This document shows, piece by piece, positions 27,896-37,033 of a stretch of DNA of 64,000 nucleotides (position 1 is the stretch's first letter; each line of letters starts with the position of its first letter). Made by a program: the position numbers and the translations under genes. This DNA is from an uncultured Alphaproteobacteria bacterium (GTDB lineage Bacteria > Pseudomonadota > Alphaproteobacteria > Rs-D84). Below the pieces are notes generated by a model. That model had not been told where the DNA came from and searched no databases. It worked only from the letters and a program-made list of their open reading frames with translations. The stretch lies in assembly GCA_944392775.1 (NCBI GenBank), contig CALXXV010000006.1:20106-84105 (forward strand), given 5' to 3'.

Positions 27896-28828
27896 ATGCC
27901 GTATCAAAACCCAGAAAAAATTTTTACATTTCTTGAAAACAGAAAACATTTTGTAAAACAAGAATTGTTTTCTTATGCAACCGACACCCAATTTAATAAT
28001 TACTGGTTTTTTTCTGACCTATACAATTTATTTGGGCCAGAATACGTTGGCGAACACAAAAACATAAAAAGCACGACCCACTCTGCTTTAAAGCCTTTTG
28101 AACTACAAAAATCTTTACGGGGTAAGAAAAAAGAAATTTTACAACCAGAAAACATAAAAGATTTTTATACAAAGCACATAATTCCTATAACGAACAAATA
28201 CCAAATTTCATCAGGCAACACAATTTTACATGCAAAGGGACCCGATGCAAAATTAAGCAGATTTATATGTTGGTTAATTTTTAAACGGCATCCACATTTA
28301 ATTTTTACACAATTATATTTTATGAATCCAAATATTGAATATGAAGACTTGTACGAACAAGCCTACAAATTTTCAAGAATATATCTTCGAAAAAACTTAG
28401 CTCATACAGGCAGAATAATACACGGAATAACATCCAGAAAAAAATCCAACATAAAAATGTTCAATCATCTAATACACGAAACATTTTTTTATAACATTTC
28501 ACAACCTGAACTAAAAAGAATATACGGAATAAAAGAAAATATAGAAGACCCAATATTAAATTATATGGGTTCAGATTCTTTGCTAGCACTTCAAAAAGCT
28601 TTCAGTTCTGCAATAAAACGTAACGATGCAAGACCAGACATGCGCTTTTCTACTTTTTCAGAATTACTTCTTAGCGAAGTAAACACTCAAAGAATCAAAC
28701 TATTTCAACAAACTGGAAAATACCCCGAACAAGACATAAATACACTTTCTATACAAAAACTAGAAACTGAACTAAATAGAAAGGAACGCGAATTCATAAA
28801 TAAATTCGCATTTCAATCAATTAGATAA
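27896..28828 (+). CDS. Divergent DinD (DNA-damage-inducible protein D)-like protein
   Basis: LSRFICWLIF..F.QLYF (compare LSRYACYLI..AQTYF), ILNYMGS..L and G.YPEQ...SIQKLE.E resemble DinD motifs. Confidence 0.6.
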   Translation: MPYQNPEKIFTFLENRKHFVKQELFSYATDTQFNNYWFFSDLYNLFGPEYVGEHKNIKSTTHSALKPFELQKSLRGKKKEILQPENIKDFYTKHIIPITNKYQISSGNTILHAKGPDAKLSRFICWLIFKRHPHLIFTQLYFMNPNIEYEDLYEQAYKFSRIYLRKNLAHTGRIIHGITSRKKSNIKMFNHLIHETFFYNISQPELKRIYGIKENIEDPILNYMGSDSLLALQKAFSSAIKRNDARPDMRFSTFSELLLSEVNTQRIKLFQQTGKYPEQDINTLSIQKLETELNRKEREFINKFAFQSIR

Positions 28829-28836
28829 AACTAAAT

Positions 28837-28864
28837 AAAAAAGCGACCAAACGGTCGCTTTTTT
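28837..28864. terminator. Bidirectional intrinsic terminator
   Basis: AAAAAAGCGACC-AAAC-GGTCGCTTTTTT. Confidence 0.85.
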
Positions 28865-28869
28865 GTTTA

Positions 28870-29250
28870 TTACATTTGTCCCCAACTCAATATAACTTCC
28901 CGACAACCAATGGCATCCAAACCAGTAGAACTTAAGAAGAAAGACAATACTATACCGATACCAAACAGTAAAATAAAACCAACTAACATACCGGTACCCT
29001 TTTTTCTCAGGTCTTCCATATCAACACCCTTACCGTCTTTGATATACCCCCAGGCCCAACCTGCTATAATAAATGCGGCACCAACAAACGCCAAAGTACG
29101 CAGAATTTTAAATACGCCATACATCTGACTAATCAACACACACAAACCATTATTGCTAACCCCAGCTGCCGCAGGCGCCGCAACAGCAGCAGCCGCACCA
29201 GACAAAACAACAACACTGGCAAAACCAATTTTTTTCAATATATTTTTCAT
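28870..29250 (-). CDS. VirB2/TrbC-like pilin-type membrane protein
   Basis: Ala-rich leader, then LC..., two hydrophobic helices separated by a short charged loop. Start at ATG 29250 after an AGGGG RBS. Confidence 0.5.
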   Translation of the reverse strand: MKNILKKIGFASVVVLSGAAAAVAAPAAAGVSNNGLCVLISQMYGVFKILRTLAFVGAAFIIAGWAWGYIKDGKGVDMEDLRKKGTGMLVGFILLFGIGIVLSFFLSSTGLDAIGCREVILSWGQM

Positions 29251-29316
29251 ATAAATCCCCTTTTCTTTTTCTATAATTTTACCATAAAAAAACAAGTCTT
29301 TCAAGAAAGATGCAAA

Positions 29317-29346
29317 ATAAAAAGCGTTCTTAACGAACGCTTTTAT
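29317..29346 (-). terminator. Intrinsic terminator
   Basis: ATAAAAAGCGTTC-TTAAC-GAACGCTTTTAT. Confidence 0.75.
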
Positions 29347-29348
29347 AT

Positions 29349-29729
29349 TTACATAATAACATACCTACGTTTTAGAACTGCCTGACCGCAAGTTTTACAA
29401 CCACACGATACCTTTTCAACATTGGCACCACACAGGTTACACGAAACCTCTTGTGCTGCCGGTACTAAAATCTTACGTTCTTGACGACGCTCTTGTCCAA
29501 AAGTATCACGCGCATACAAATCTTCACAACGAGTATTCCGATAAACAATCTTTTTATCATTATCGACACCGCCTACATACTGCGAGAAATTACGTCCATG
29601 TTCACCAGCATAATAAATACAATCTTGACCGTCTTGGGTATATCTTACCCCACCTTTATAATAATCGTAATAACCACCACAACCAGCCAAAGCAGCCAAA
29701 GCAACTACAGGAATCAGAACTTTTTTCAT
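29349..29729 (-). CDS. Cys-rich lipoprotein of unknown function
   Basis: Lipobox LAGC; C-terminal CxxC...CxCxxC. Confidence 0.75.
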   Translation of the reverse strand: MKKVLIPVVALAALAGCGGYYDYYKGGVRYTQDGQDCIYYAGEHGRNFSQYVGGVDNDKKIVYRNTRCEDLYARDTFGQERRQERKILVPAAQEVSCNLCGANVEKVSCGCKTCGQAVLKRRYVIM

Positions 29730-29896
29730 AACATACCCTTTTAGACTTCTATTTAATCTCTACCCACCCCCGATTCGTATTATAATTGTTACACAAAAGA
29801 GTCAGTTGTCAAGCATTGACACTCCACAAAACGTTCTATTATTTCTTTAAAACTCATTTGTTTTTATATATGATATAATTTGAAAAAGGGTAAAAA

Positions 29897-30844
29897 ATGG
29901 ACTATAAAGATTTCGGCCTAATAAACACAAAAGATATTTTTTCTGACGCACTTTCTCGGCGTTATGCTGTACCTGCATTTAATTTTTATAACATGGAAAC
30001 GCTATCCGCAATAGTATCTGCCGCCCGCGAAAAGAAAAGTCCTGTAATACTAGCTGTATCAGAATCTGCCTTACAATATATGGGCAAAGATTTATTAATG
30101 GGAATGATTTGGGGCTTAAAAATAAAACCAACCGAAAGGATCGCATTACATTTAGACCACGGTTCGTCACTAGAATCTTGTACTGATGCAATAAAGATGG
30201 GCTTCTCTAGCATAATGATAGACGGATCAAAATTACCGTTTAAAGAAAATATAGATTTAACTAAAGACGTAGTAAATATCGCAAAAAAATTTAATGTTAG
30301 TGTAGAAGCAGAACTTGGCACATTGTCCGGCATAGAAGACGAAAATATTTCTAGCGAAGACTCTAGTTATACCAATCCTAATGATGTCGTAACATTTGTA
30401 AATGCTACAAATGCGGATTCTCTAGCCATAGCAATCGGAACAAGTCACGGTGCACACAAAAGAAAATCCGACAAAGAGGAATTACGTTTTGATATACTAG
30501 AAGAAATATCAAAAGAGCTGCCAAACTTTCCCCTTGTACTACATGGAGCATCTAGTATTCCACAAAAATATATAAATACCATAAATGAATTTGGTGGCAA
30601 CATCTCAAATGCTTTGGGGATTCCACAAGAACAAATTAAAAAAGCAGTTGAAATGAACGTATGCAAAATAAATGTAGATAGCGATTCCAGACTTGCTTTT
30701 ACTGCCGGCGTAAGAAAAAGTTTATTTGAAACGCCCGAAAACTTTAATCCCAGAACTTATCTAGACGCAGGCATGGAAAACATAAAAAATAACTGTATAG
30801 AAGAAATAGAAAAAATTATGAATTCATCAAATAAAATACAATAA
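29897..30844 (+). CDS. fba: Class II fructose-bisphosphate aldolase
   Basis: LHLDHG, VEAELG, AIGTSHG, LVLHGAS and KINVDSD. Confidence 0.93.
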   Translation: MDYKDFGLINTKDIFSDALSRRYAVPAFNFYNMETLSAIVSAAREKKSPVILAVSESALQYMGKDLLMGMIWGLKIKPTERIALHLDHGSSLESCTDAIKMGFSSIMIDGSKLPFKENIDLTKDVVNIAKKFNVSVEAELGTLSGIEDENISSEDSSYTNPNDVVTFVNATNADSLAIAIGTSHGAHKRKSDKEELRFDILEEISKELPNFPLVLHGASSIPQKYINTINEFGGNISNALGIPQEQIKKAVEMNVCKINVDSDSRLAFTAGVRKSLFETPENFNPRTYLDAGMENIKNNCIEEIEKIMNSSNKIQ

Positions 30845-30874
30845 AAAAATTCCACAAAAGTGGAATTTTTTTAT
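30841..30874. terminator. Bidirectional intrinsic terminator
   Basis: ATAAAAAAATTCCAC-AAAA-GTGGAATTTTTTTAT between fba and efp. Confidence 0.8.
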
Positions 30875-31440
30875 TTAGCCCTTTCTACATATTCCAAGGT
30901 TTCCGTATTAACAACAATCTTTTCACCTTGCTCAATAAATAAAGGAACCTGAACACGAACACCATTATCCAAAATAGCAGGTTTTCCACCACTACTAGAA
31001 ACAGTCTGCCCCTTTAAAGCAGGTTCTGTTTCCTCAACTGTGGCAACAACTGTTTTTGGCAAAGAAATTGATACAGGTTGTCCTTCAACAAAATTTGCCT
31101 TTACCTGCATTTCTGGTGCCAAAAATTTCATCTGTTCACCCAAAGAATCAACCGGCATTGTAAATTGCTCATAATCAGACAAATTCATAAAGAACGCATC
31201 AGATCCATCAGAATACAAATATTGACAATCAAAATCTTCAACCATCAATTTTTCAACTTTATCTTCTGCGCGCCAACGATCTCCCCCTTTATTACCAGAA
31301 TCAATATCACGAAGATCCGCCTGAACAAAAGCCCCACCTTTTCCAGGTTTTACTTTTGTAATAGACATCACAGAATACCGTTTACCGTTATGAGCAATTA
31401 CCCAACCAACACGCATATCATTAGCAATATAAGACGCCAT
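30871..31440 (-). CDS. efp: Elongation factor P
   Basis: KPGKGGAF, KPA.LDNG..V.VPLFI and Y.ERA. Confidence 0.97.
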   Translation of the reverse strand: MASYIANDMRVGWVIAHNGKRYSVMSITKVKPGKGGAFVQADLRDIDSGNKGGDRWRAEDKVEKLMVEDFDCQYLYSDGSDAFFMNLSDYEQFTMPVDSLGEQMKFLAPEMQVKANFVEGQPVSISLPKTVVATVEETEPALKGQTVSSSGGKPAILDNGVRVQVPLFIEQGEKIVVNTETLEYVERAK

Positions 31441-31499
31441 TTTTACCTCTTTTTTTATTTTTCATAAATTATAAATTATACCGAAGCAAACGCAAGCAT

Positions 31500-32042
31500 T
31501 TATTGAACTTCACGTTTATGCATCCAATATCTATCTATACTATCCATAATTAACTTATCAGCAGTTTCACGATCTGCCCACCCCGTTACTTTTGACCAAG
31601 AATTAGGTTGTAAATCTTTATAGTGTTGAAAGAAATATTCTATTTTTGATCTTAATATAGCAGGCAACTGTTCAATATATTCTGTATTCGTATAAAAAGG
31701 ATCTATTTTATCACGAGGAACACATATAATTTTTTCATCACCCCCAGCTTGATCTTCCATCAACAGTGCCCCGATAGGTCTTACTTCTATCAAAACACCG
31801 GGACGCAAAGGCGCATTACAAACAACGACACAATCTAATGGATCCCCATCATCCCCAAGCGTTCCAGGAAAATAGCCATAGTTTGCAGGATACGCCATCG
31901 GAGTATGCAAAATTCTATCCACACGCGGTAAACCTGTTTCTTTATCTATTTCATATTTAACAAAACCGTTTTCCGGCACTTCTATTATAGCATTCATTTT
32001 TTTTGGCGGCATTTGTCCCGCGGATATTTCTTCTATTTTCAT
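31500..32042 (-). CDS. ppa: Inorganic pyrophosphatase (family I)
   Basis: VKYE.DK, YP.NYG, DGDPLD and FF.HYKDL. Start at MKIEE is inferred. Confidence 0.95.
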   Translation of the reverse strand: MKIEEISAGQMPPKKMNAIIEVPENGFVKYEIDKETGLPRVDRILHTPMAYPANYGYFPGTLGDDGDPLDCVVVCNAPLRPGVLIEVRPIGALLMEDQAGGDEKIICVPRDKIDPFYTNTEYIEQLPAILRSKIEYFFQHYKDLQPNSWSKVTGWADRETADKLIMDSIDRYWMHKREVQ

Positions 32043-32102
32043 AAAAAACCTTTTTTTGCCGGGCAATGCTAGCATAAAAATTACACTTTGCAATTATAAA
32101 AC

Positions 32103-32130
32103 AAAAAAACTGCCTATCGGCAGTTTTTTT
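32103..32130 (-). terminator. Intrinsic terminator after dnaN
   Basis: AAAAAAACTGCC-TATC-GGCAGTTTTTTT. Confidence 0.8.
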
Positions 32131-33248
32131 TACATTCTCATCGGCATCAATATAAACAATGCATCTGTATTCTTATCCGTAGACTTTATAATAGTTGGAG
32201 ACAAAGGATCTTGCATTTCCATCTGGAAAGAATCACCTTCTACTTGTCCTGCAACGTCCATTAAGAACTTCACATTAAAGGTAACTGTAAACGACGCATC
32301 CGCATTATATTCAATATCTAATTCCTGTGTTGCAGTCCCTGCATCTGGACTTGAAGCATTTACAACTAATTTATTCATAGAAAACGTCAATTGTACAGAC
32401 TTTGTTTTATCAACACTGGCGACAGAAACCAAATCAACAGAATTTAAAAACTGCTTTCTATCCAGAATCGCGATTTTATCATTACCTTTTGGTATAACAA
32501 CACGATAATTAGGATATTGCGCGTCAACTAATTTACTTGTTAAGGTTGCCGGTCCAACAGTAAATCTTGCTTTTGTATCAGACAATTCAACAAGAACATC
32601 ATCAACCGTAGCGTCTTCTAACAATTTAGACAATTCACCAATTACTCTACGTGGCAAAATTACAGCAGGCATTTCTTCACTTCCTGCAGGCGCAGGCATT
32701 GCGCACAACGCCATACGCTGAGCATCCGTTGCAACAGCCGTCAATTTTTTTTCACCGTCATCTTCGGAAAGATGAAAATAAATTCCGCCTAAATGATATC
32801 TAACATCATCTGTTGGTATTGCAAATTTTGTTTGATTTATTAAATGCGCTAAATCCCCTGTTGTCATTTGAAACTTCGTCGTCAAATTACTACCCGCCAT
32901 AGCCGGGAAATTTTCAGCCGGCAAAGTTGGCAAATGAAATATAGCCCGTCCACTAGACACAACCAATTGGTCACCAGACTGTTTAAAAGAAATCTCTGAA
33001 TCATCAGGTAACTTACGAACAATATCGTACAACATCTGAACAGGGACAGTTGTTTTTCCGCCCAACGTAATATCCGCAGCCACATGTTCTACTAATTCTA
33101 AATCAACATTTGTTGCCGACAAGACTAAATCATCCGCAACTTCTAATTTTACATTCATTAATATCGGCAATGTTGCGCGCTTTTCTACGATGGATTGCAT
33201 ATGTCCCAGCGCACGGATCAAAACCTGACGAAATACCGAAAATTCCAT
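32130..33248 (-). CDS. dnaN: DNA polymerase III beta sliding clamp
   Basis: VEKR.TLPIL.NV, VATD..R, YPNY.RVIP and C-terminal LMPMRM. Confidence 0.97.
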   Translation of the reverse strand: MEFSVFRQVLIRALGHMQSIVEKRATLPILMNVKLEVADDLVLSATNVDLELVEHVAADITLGGKTTVPVQMLYDIVRKLPDDSEISFKQSGDQLVVSSGRAIFHLPTLPAENFPAMAGSNLTTKFQMTTGDLAHLINQTKFAIPTDDVRYHLGGIYFHLSEDDGEKKLTAVATDAQRMALCAMPAPAGSEEMPAVILPRRVIGELSKLLEDATVDDVLVELSDTKARFTVGPATLTSKLVDAQYPNYRVVIPKGNDKIAILDRKQFLNSVDLVSVASVDKTKSVQLTFSMNKLVVNASSPDAGTATQELDIEYNADASFTVTFNVKFLMDVAGQVEGDSFQMEMQDPLSPTIIKSTDKNTDALFILMPMRM

Positions 33249-33301
33249 GTATACACTCCTGTTTAATATAAAAAATCTTTTATCCTACATTCTTTTTTTT
33301 T

Positions 33302-33331
33302 AGTTTATCAAAAAATCTCGATTCGGTGCAA
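33302..33331 (-). promoter_or_regulatory. dnaN promoter with embedded GANTC
   Basis: The minus strand reads TTGCAC-CGAATCG-AGATTTTTTGA-TAAACT. Confidence 0.55.
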
Positions 33332-33423
33332 GAGTAAAAGAACTTTATTTAAGCCACAAAATATAATAAATACACGACTTGTTTTATAGTAAAAACAAAC
33401 TTTTTAACAAAATTTATAAAAGG

Positions 33424-35514
33424 TTACATATTATCAAAAACGCTCGCCATCAAATCTTTTAAAGGAACTTTAAACCATTCAGGGTCATTATTCTTAATGG
33501 GCGCACCTTTTTCCAAAGCTGTTGAGCAAGGGTTATCGTCAGCCAACCAATTTTCTAATAAATCTCCTGCTAAAAGCCCCACGCCTGCCCCAGCGACCAA
33601 ACCTATTCCTCCAGTAAATGGTGCCAACAATAAACCTATACCAGTTGCAGAAGCTACTTTGCCAGCCACAGCAGCACCACTAATTTTTATATCTGGTTCT
33701 GCTAGACTACCAGTAAATTCCATAGAATTTACTACATTCCCCGTTAAGGATAATTTCAATCCTCTAACAGGAACGGTTGCCAAAGAAAGTTTCATATTTT
33801 CATTTCCTAAATCTAGCTTTCCTGCAAACCGTATATTTATAGCATTAGTTTCAACCGCAGCCCCATTTTGTGTTTCAATTAAACCATTTCTAAGCTTTGT
33901 ATTTAAAGCCACGCAAGATATTTTTATTTGATTATATTTTTTTTCTGTTCTAAAAAGATCTTGAATGCTATGACGTAATGTCGTTAAAAAATCTGTGCCA
34001 TACATATTTGCAACCAATGCCGAGTGTGCATATCCTGGTGCAGTAGAGTAAATCTTCACCGGTCCAGTCATGGTTTTCATCCATTCTGACAAATTTTTCC
34101 CATTAGCTTCTACATAAAATTCTACATTTACAGGAAGATCAGATATAATATCCGTTACCTGAATTTGCGACAAAATTTCACCAACCGCAATAGAGTTTCC
34201 AATTCCTGCAGATATTAAATGCATATTACCCGTTTGATCTATATCTATATTTCCGGCTACATGTACATTTCCGCCTGCTATAACACCAGTTGTATCAACA
34301 CGTGCTTTACCGTCAAGCAAATTTAACGACAAATCAATATCTTGAATATCAAAATTTCTATATATTACGAATCTATCAGCCATTATATGAAGATCTAAGT
34401 TAAATTTTAAAAAATCTTCTCCGAACAAAGGAATATCTTTAAAAACATTCAAAGGCCTATTTAAATTAATTTTATTTCTGGAATACAAATTAGGGAATAA
34501 ATCAACTAAATTTATATACTTAGAATCTACAGACATATTTATCAAAGGTAGCTGTTTTGACCAATCAATATACCCGGAAAAAGCAGCATCATTTCCACTG
34601 ATTTTAATTGAAGAATTGCGAAAAGTCAGACGTTTTCTATCAAAACCACCCATTATATTTACTTTCATCAAAGAAAATTCTGGTAAATTTAAATTAAAAA
34701 CTTTACCTATTTCAGAAACATCTGGAACATCTCCCTTGATTATAAAATCTATTGGTGCTTTACTTGTTCCCTCTAATGCAATATTAGCAATCAATGCATC
34801 TCCACCAGTTGCCATTGCAACACGCACAGGATAAACCTTTCTTTCAGCATTATATTCTGAAAAAGAAACTATAAACGGAAAAACATCTTCCCTAGACTTT
34901 ACCCAGCCATTATACTCTCTTCTATTTTCCCTTGACACATAATTTACTTGAAAGCCTACGAAAGAATAATTTCTTCCTAAGAAATCTAATTCAAGATTTT
35001 TTACTTCAAGACCGCCCAACCCCAAATCTTCAAAAGGATATTTATTTTTCTCTACAACCGACATTTCTGTTTTTACTGTTTCCGTATCTTCCAATTTTTT
35101 TTCTGGTTGTACTGAAAAATCACCTTTTTCATTTTGTTCTACACAAACTTTCACATCATAAATTTTCACATTCTGAATAGTCGGTCGATCTCTAAATAAA
35201 GACACAAGATTCAAAGTAACATCTATTTTTTCCGCACTAAAAGCATCTTTATGTACAGCCCACTCTGCATTAGGTATACGAACTTTATTCAATTCGATTT
35301 GTGGTCTTAAAGAAAGTTTCCAAGACACTTTACCTTCTATTTGTACTGGAAGCCCTGTAGCATTTTCTAATATAGAAACGATTTCTCCACGCAAAGTATC
35401 CAGATTAATCTGGTATATTGCGATACCAACTGCCACCCCCAACCCCATAAAAAACAGGACTAATACACGTGTAACCGCAAAAAAAACACTTTTCTTTTTT
35501 CTTTTTTTTACCAT
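33424..35514 (-). CDS. AsmA family protein
   Basis: N-terminal TM; TG..V.I.G.VSWKL..RPQ..L..V.I.NA.W; C-terminal C......L.NG and GSL..P.I motifs. Confidence 0.8.
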   Translation of the reverse strand: MVKKRKKKSVFFAVTRVLVLFFMGLGVAVGIAIYQINLDTLRGEIVSILENATGLPVQIEGKVSWKLSLRPQIELNKVRIPNAEWAVHKDAFSAEKIDVTLNLVSLFRDRPTIQNVKIYDVKVCVEQNEKGDFSVQPEKKLEDTETVKTEMSVVEKNKYPFEDLGLGGLEVKNLELDFLGRNYSFVGFQVNYVSRENRREYNGWVKSREDVFPFIVSFSEYNAERKVYPVRVAMATGGDALIANIALEGTSKAPIDFIIKGDVPDVSEIGKVFNLNLPEFSLMKVNIMGGFDRKRLTFRNSSIKISGNDAAFSGYIDWSKQLPLINMSVDSKYINLVDLFPNLYSRNKINLNRPLNVFKDIPLFGEDFLKFNLDLHIMADRFVIYRNFDIQDIDLSLNLLDGKARVDTTGVIAGGNVHVAGNIDIDQTGNMHLISAGIGNSIAVGEILSQIQVTDIISDLPVNVEFYVEANGKNLSEWMKTMTGPVKIYSTAPGYAHSALVANMYGTDFLTTLRHSIQDLFRTEKKYNQIKISCVALNTKLRNGLIETQNGAAVETNAINIRFAGKLDLGNENMKLSLATVPVRGLKLSLTGNVVNSMEFTGSLAEPDIKISGAAVAGKVASATGIGLLLAPFTGGIGLVAGAGVGLLAGDLLENWLADDNPCSTALEKGAPIKNNDPEWFKVPLKDLMASVFDNM

Positions 35515-35530
35515 TTTCTATCACACATTT

Positions 35531-36502
35531 TCAGGGCAGCTTAAACTCTAAAAATGAAAGTACCGGCTTCATAAAATCTGGTACCCCTGCCTGCAAAGTC
35601 AGCATTTTTTTTGTAGTCGGATGTTGAAATGTTATCTTATATGCTAACAAAAACAAGTTATTTGTGTTGATCATCGATGCCAAAGCCCCGTCAAGTCGCT
35701 TTTCAACACCATATATAGAATCCCCAACTATTGGCGCATGCAAAGATAACGCACTATGAACACGTAGCTGATGCGTTCTACCTGTTTTAGGCGAAAAAAG
35801 AACCCACGACAATTTTCCACCTACCTCAGACATCACCTCATATTCAGTAATCGCCCTAAGAGGCCTTTGCCCTGCCCCATCATTTAAACGTTCCGGCCCA
35901 TCAAATATTTGCCCTTTTACCATATAATTATCGATTAAGCCTTTTTTAGGTTTTACCGAACCATTTAATAAGGCAAGATATTCTTTATGAGCACTTTTTG
36001 TCTGAAAAGCATTAGCTAAAACTTGTGCAGCATATTGATTTTTTGCGACAACCAGTATCCCACTAGTTTCTTTATCTAAACGATGAACCAAAGAGATTTT
36101 ATTATACGGAAACAATGCTGCCGCCATTTTATCCACAGACTTACGAATACCTGTTCCTCCTTGAACGGCAAGCCCAGCCGGTTTATCAAAAACTACAATA
36201 TCGTCATCATCATGAATTATACAGTTACGTAATTTTTCTAAATCTGATAAAGAAAAATTTTCACCAGATTCTGTTTTTTTATTTTTAACAACAGAATAAC
36301 TATTTAATGTGGGTGGAATTCTAACTATATCTCCAGAATGCAGAATTTCTTGCCCATGTCTCCGTGAAGAATTTACCCTTATCTGACCGCCACGGCATAA
36401 CTTATAAAATTCCCTTTGTGGCATATTAGGATACCGTCGCAAAAACCAGCGCAATAACCGCGTACCATCTTCTGTTTTAGAAACTTCTACAAATTCTGCC
36501 AT
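35531..36502 (-). CDS. RluA/RluC family pseudouridine synthase
   Basis: S4-like N-terminus; KPAGLAVQGG, VHRLDKETSG and TGRTHQLRVH. Confidence 0.93.
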   Translation of the reverse strand: MAEFVEVSKTEDGTRLLRWFLRRYPNMPQREFYKLCRGGQIRVNSSRRHGQEILHSGDIVRIPPTLNSYSVVKNKKTESGENFSLSDLEKLRNCIIHDDDDIVVFDKPAGLAVQGGTGIRKSVDKMAAALFPYNKISLVHRLDKETSGILVVAKNQYAAQVLANAFQTKSAHKEYLALLNGSVKPKKGLIDNYMVKGQIFDGPERLNDGAGQRPLRAITEYEVMSEVGGKLSWVLFSPKTGRTHQLRVHSALSLHAPIVGDSIYGVEKRLDGALASMINTNNLFLLAYKITFQHPTTKKMLTLQAGVPDFMKPVLSFLEFKLP

Positions 36503-36518
36503 ATATAAATACCGACTA

Positions 36519-36983
36519 TTATTCACCATACGTTATCTGAACTACATTCTGACCATTTGGGCTATCACATGTTCCCGAAGCCCCGCTAGCAGTATGTCCT
36601 GATAACTCATAACCAATTGAACCGCTCCAAACCTTTGTAACAAAATATTCACAATCGGATTGAGTCAAACCATTTATTGAAACTATAAACTGTCTTGAAT
36701 TAGACGGGTTTACAGACAACTCGTACGTTCCGCCATAAGGATTTTTATTAGACATACCTATAGCACCAAAAACCGTAGAATTGTTTATATTAGAAAAATC
36801 ATCATATTCTCCGAATAATTGTCTTACTTGGGTTACCATCTGCAAAACTTCGTCATTTACAGTATTTCTTTTTTGCAAATTCATCGCGCTAGAAATTGCT
36901 GCAACTGCACCAACTGTAATAACCCCCATTATAGCTAACACACCCATCATTTCTATCATTGAACGCCCAGATTCTTGAATCAT
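36519..36983 (-). CDS. Type IV pilin (PilS/type IVb-like globular domain)
   Basis: Prepilin motif ESG|RSMIEMMGVLAIMG (E at +5); NPYGG...F.V...GL...DC as in PilS-type pilins. Confidence 0.8.
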   Translation of the reverse strand: MIQESGRSMIEMMGVLAIMGVITVGAVAAISSAMNLQKRNTVNDEVLQMVTQVRQLFGEYDDFSNINNSTVFGAIGMSNKNPYGGTYELSVNPSNSRQFIVSINGLTQSDCEYFVTKVWSGSIGYELSGHTASGASGTCDSPNGQNVVQITYGE

Positions 36984-37033
36984 GACAATAACCCCCATTG
37001 CTATTTATTTTTTTATATTCTATCATAATTAGT

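Noticed and set aside
36130-36138. Perfect DnaA box TTATCCACA (another at about 63479)
   Set aside because: Isolated and inside coding sequence; no cluster indicating oriC.
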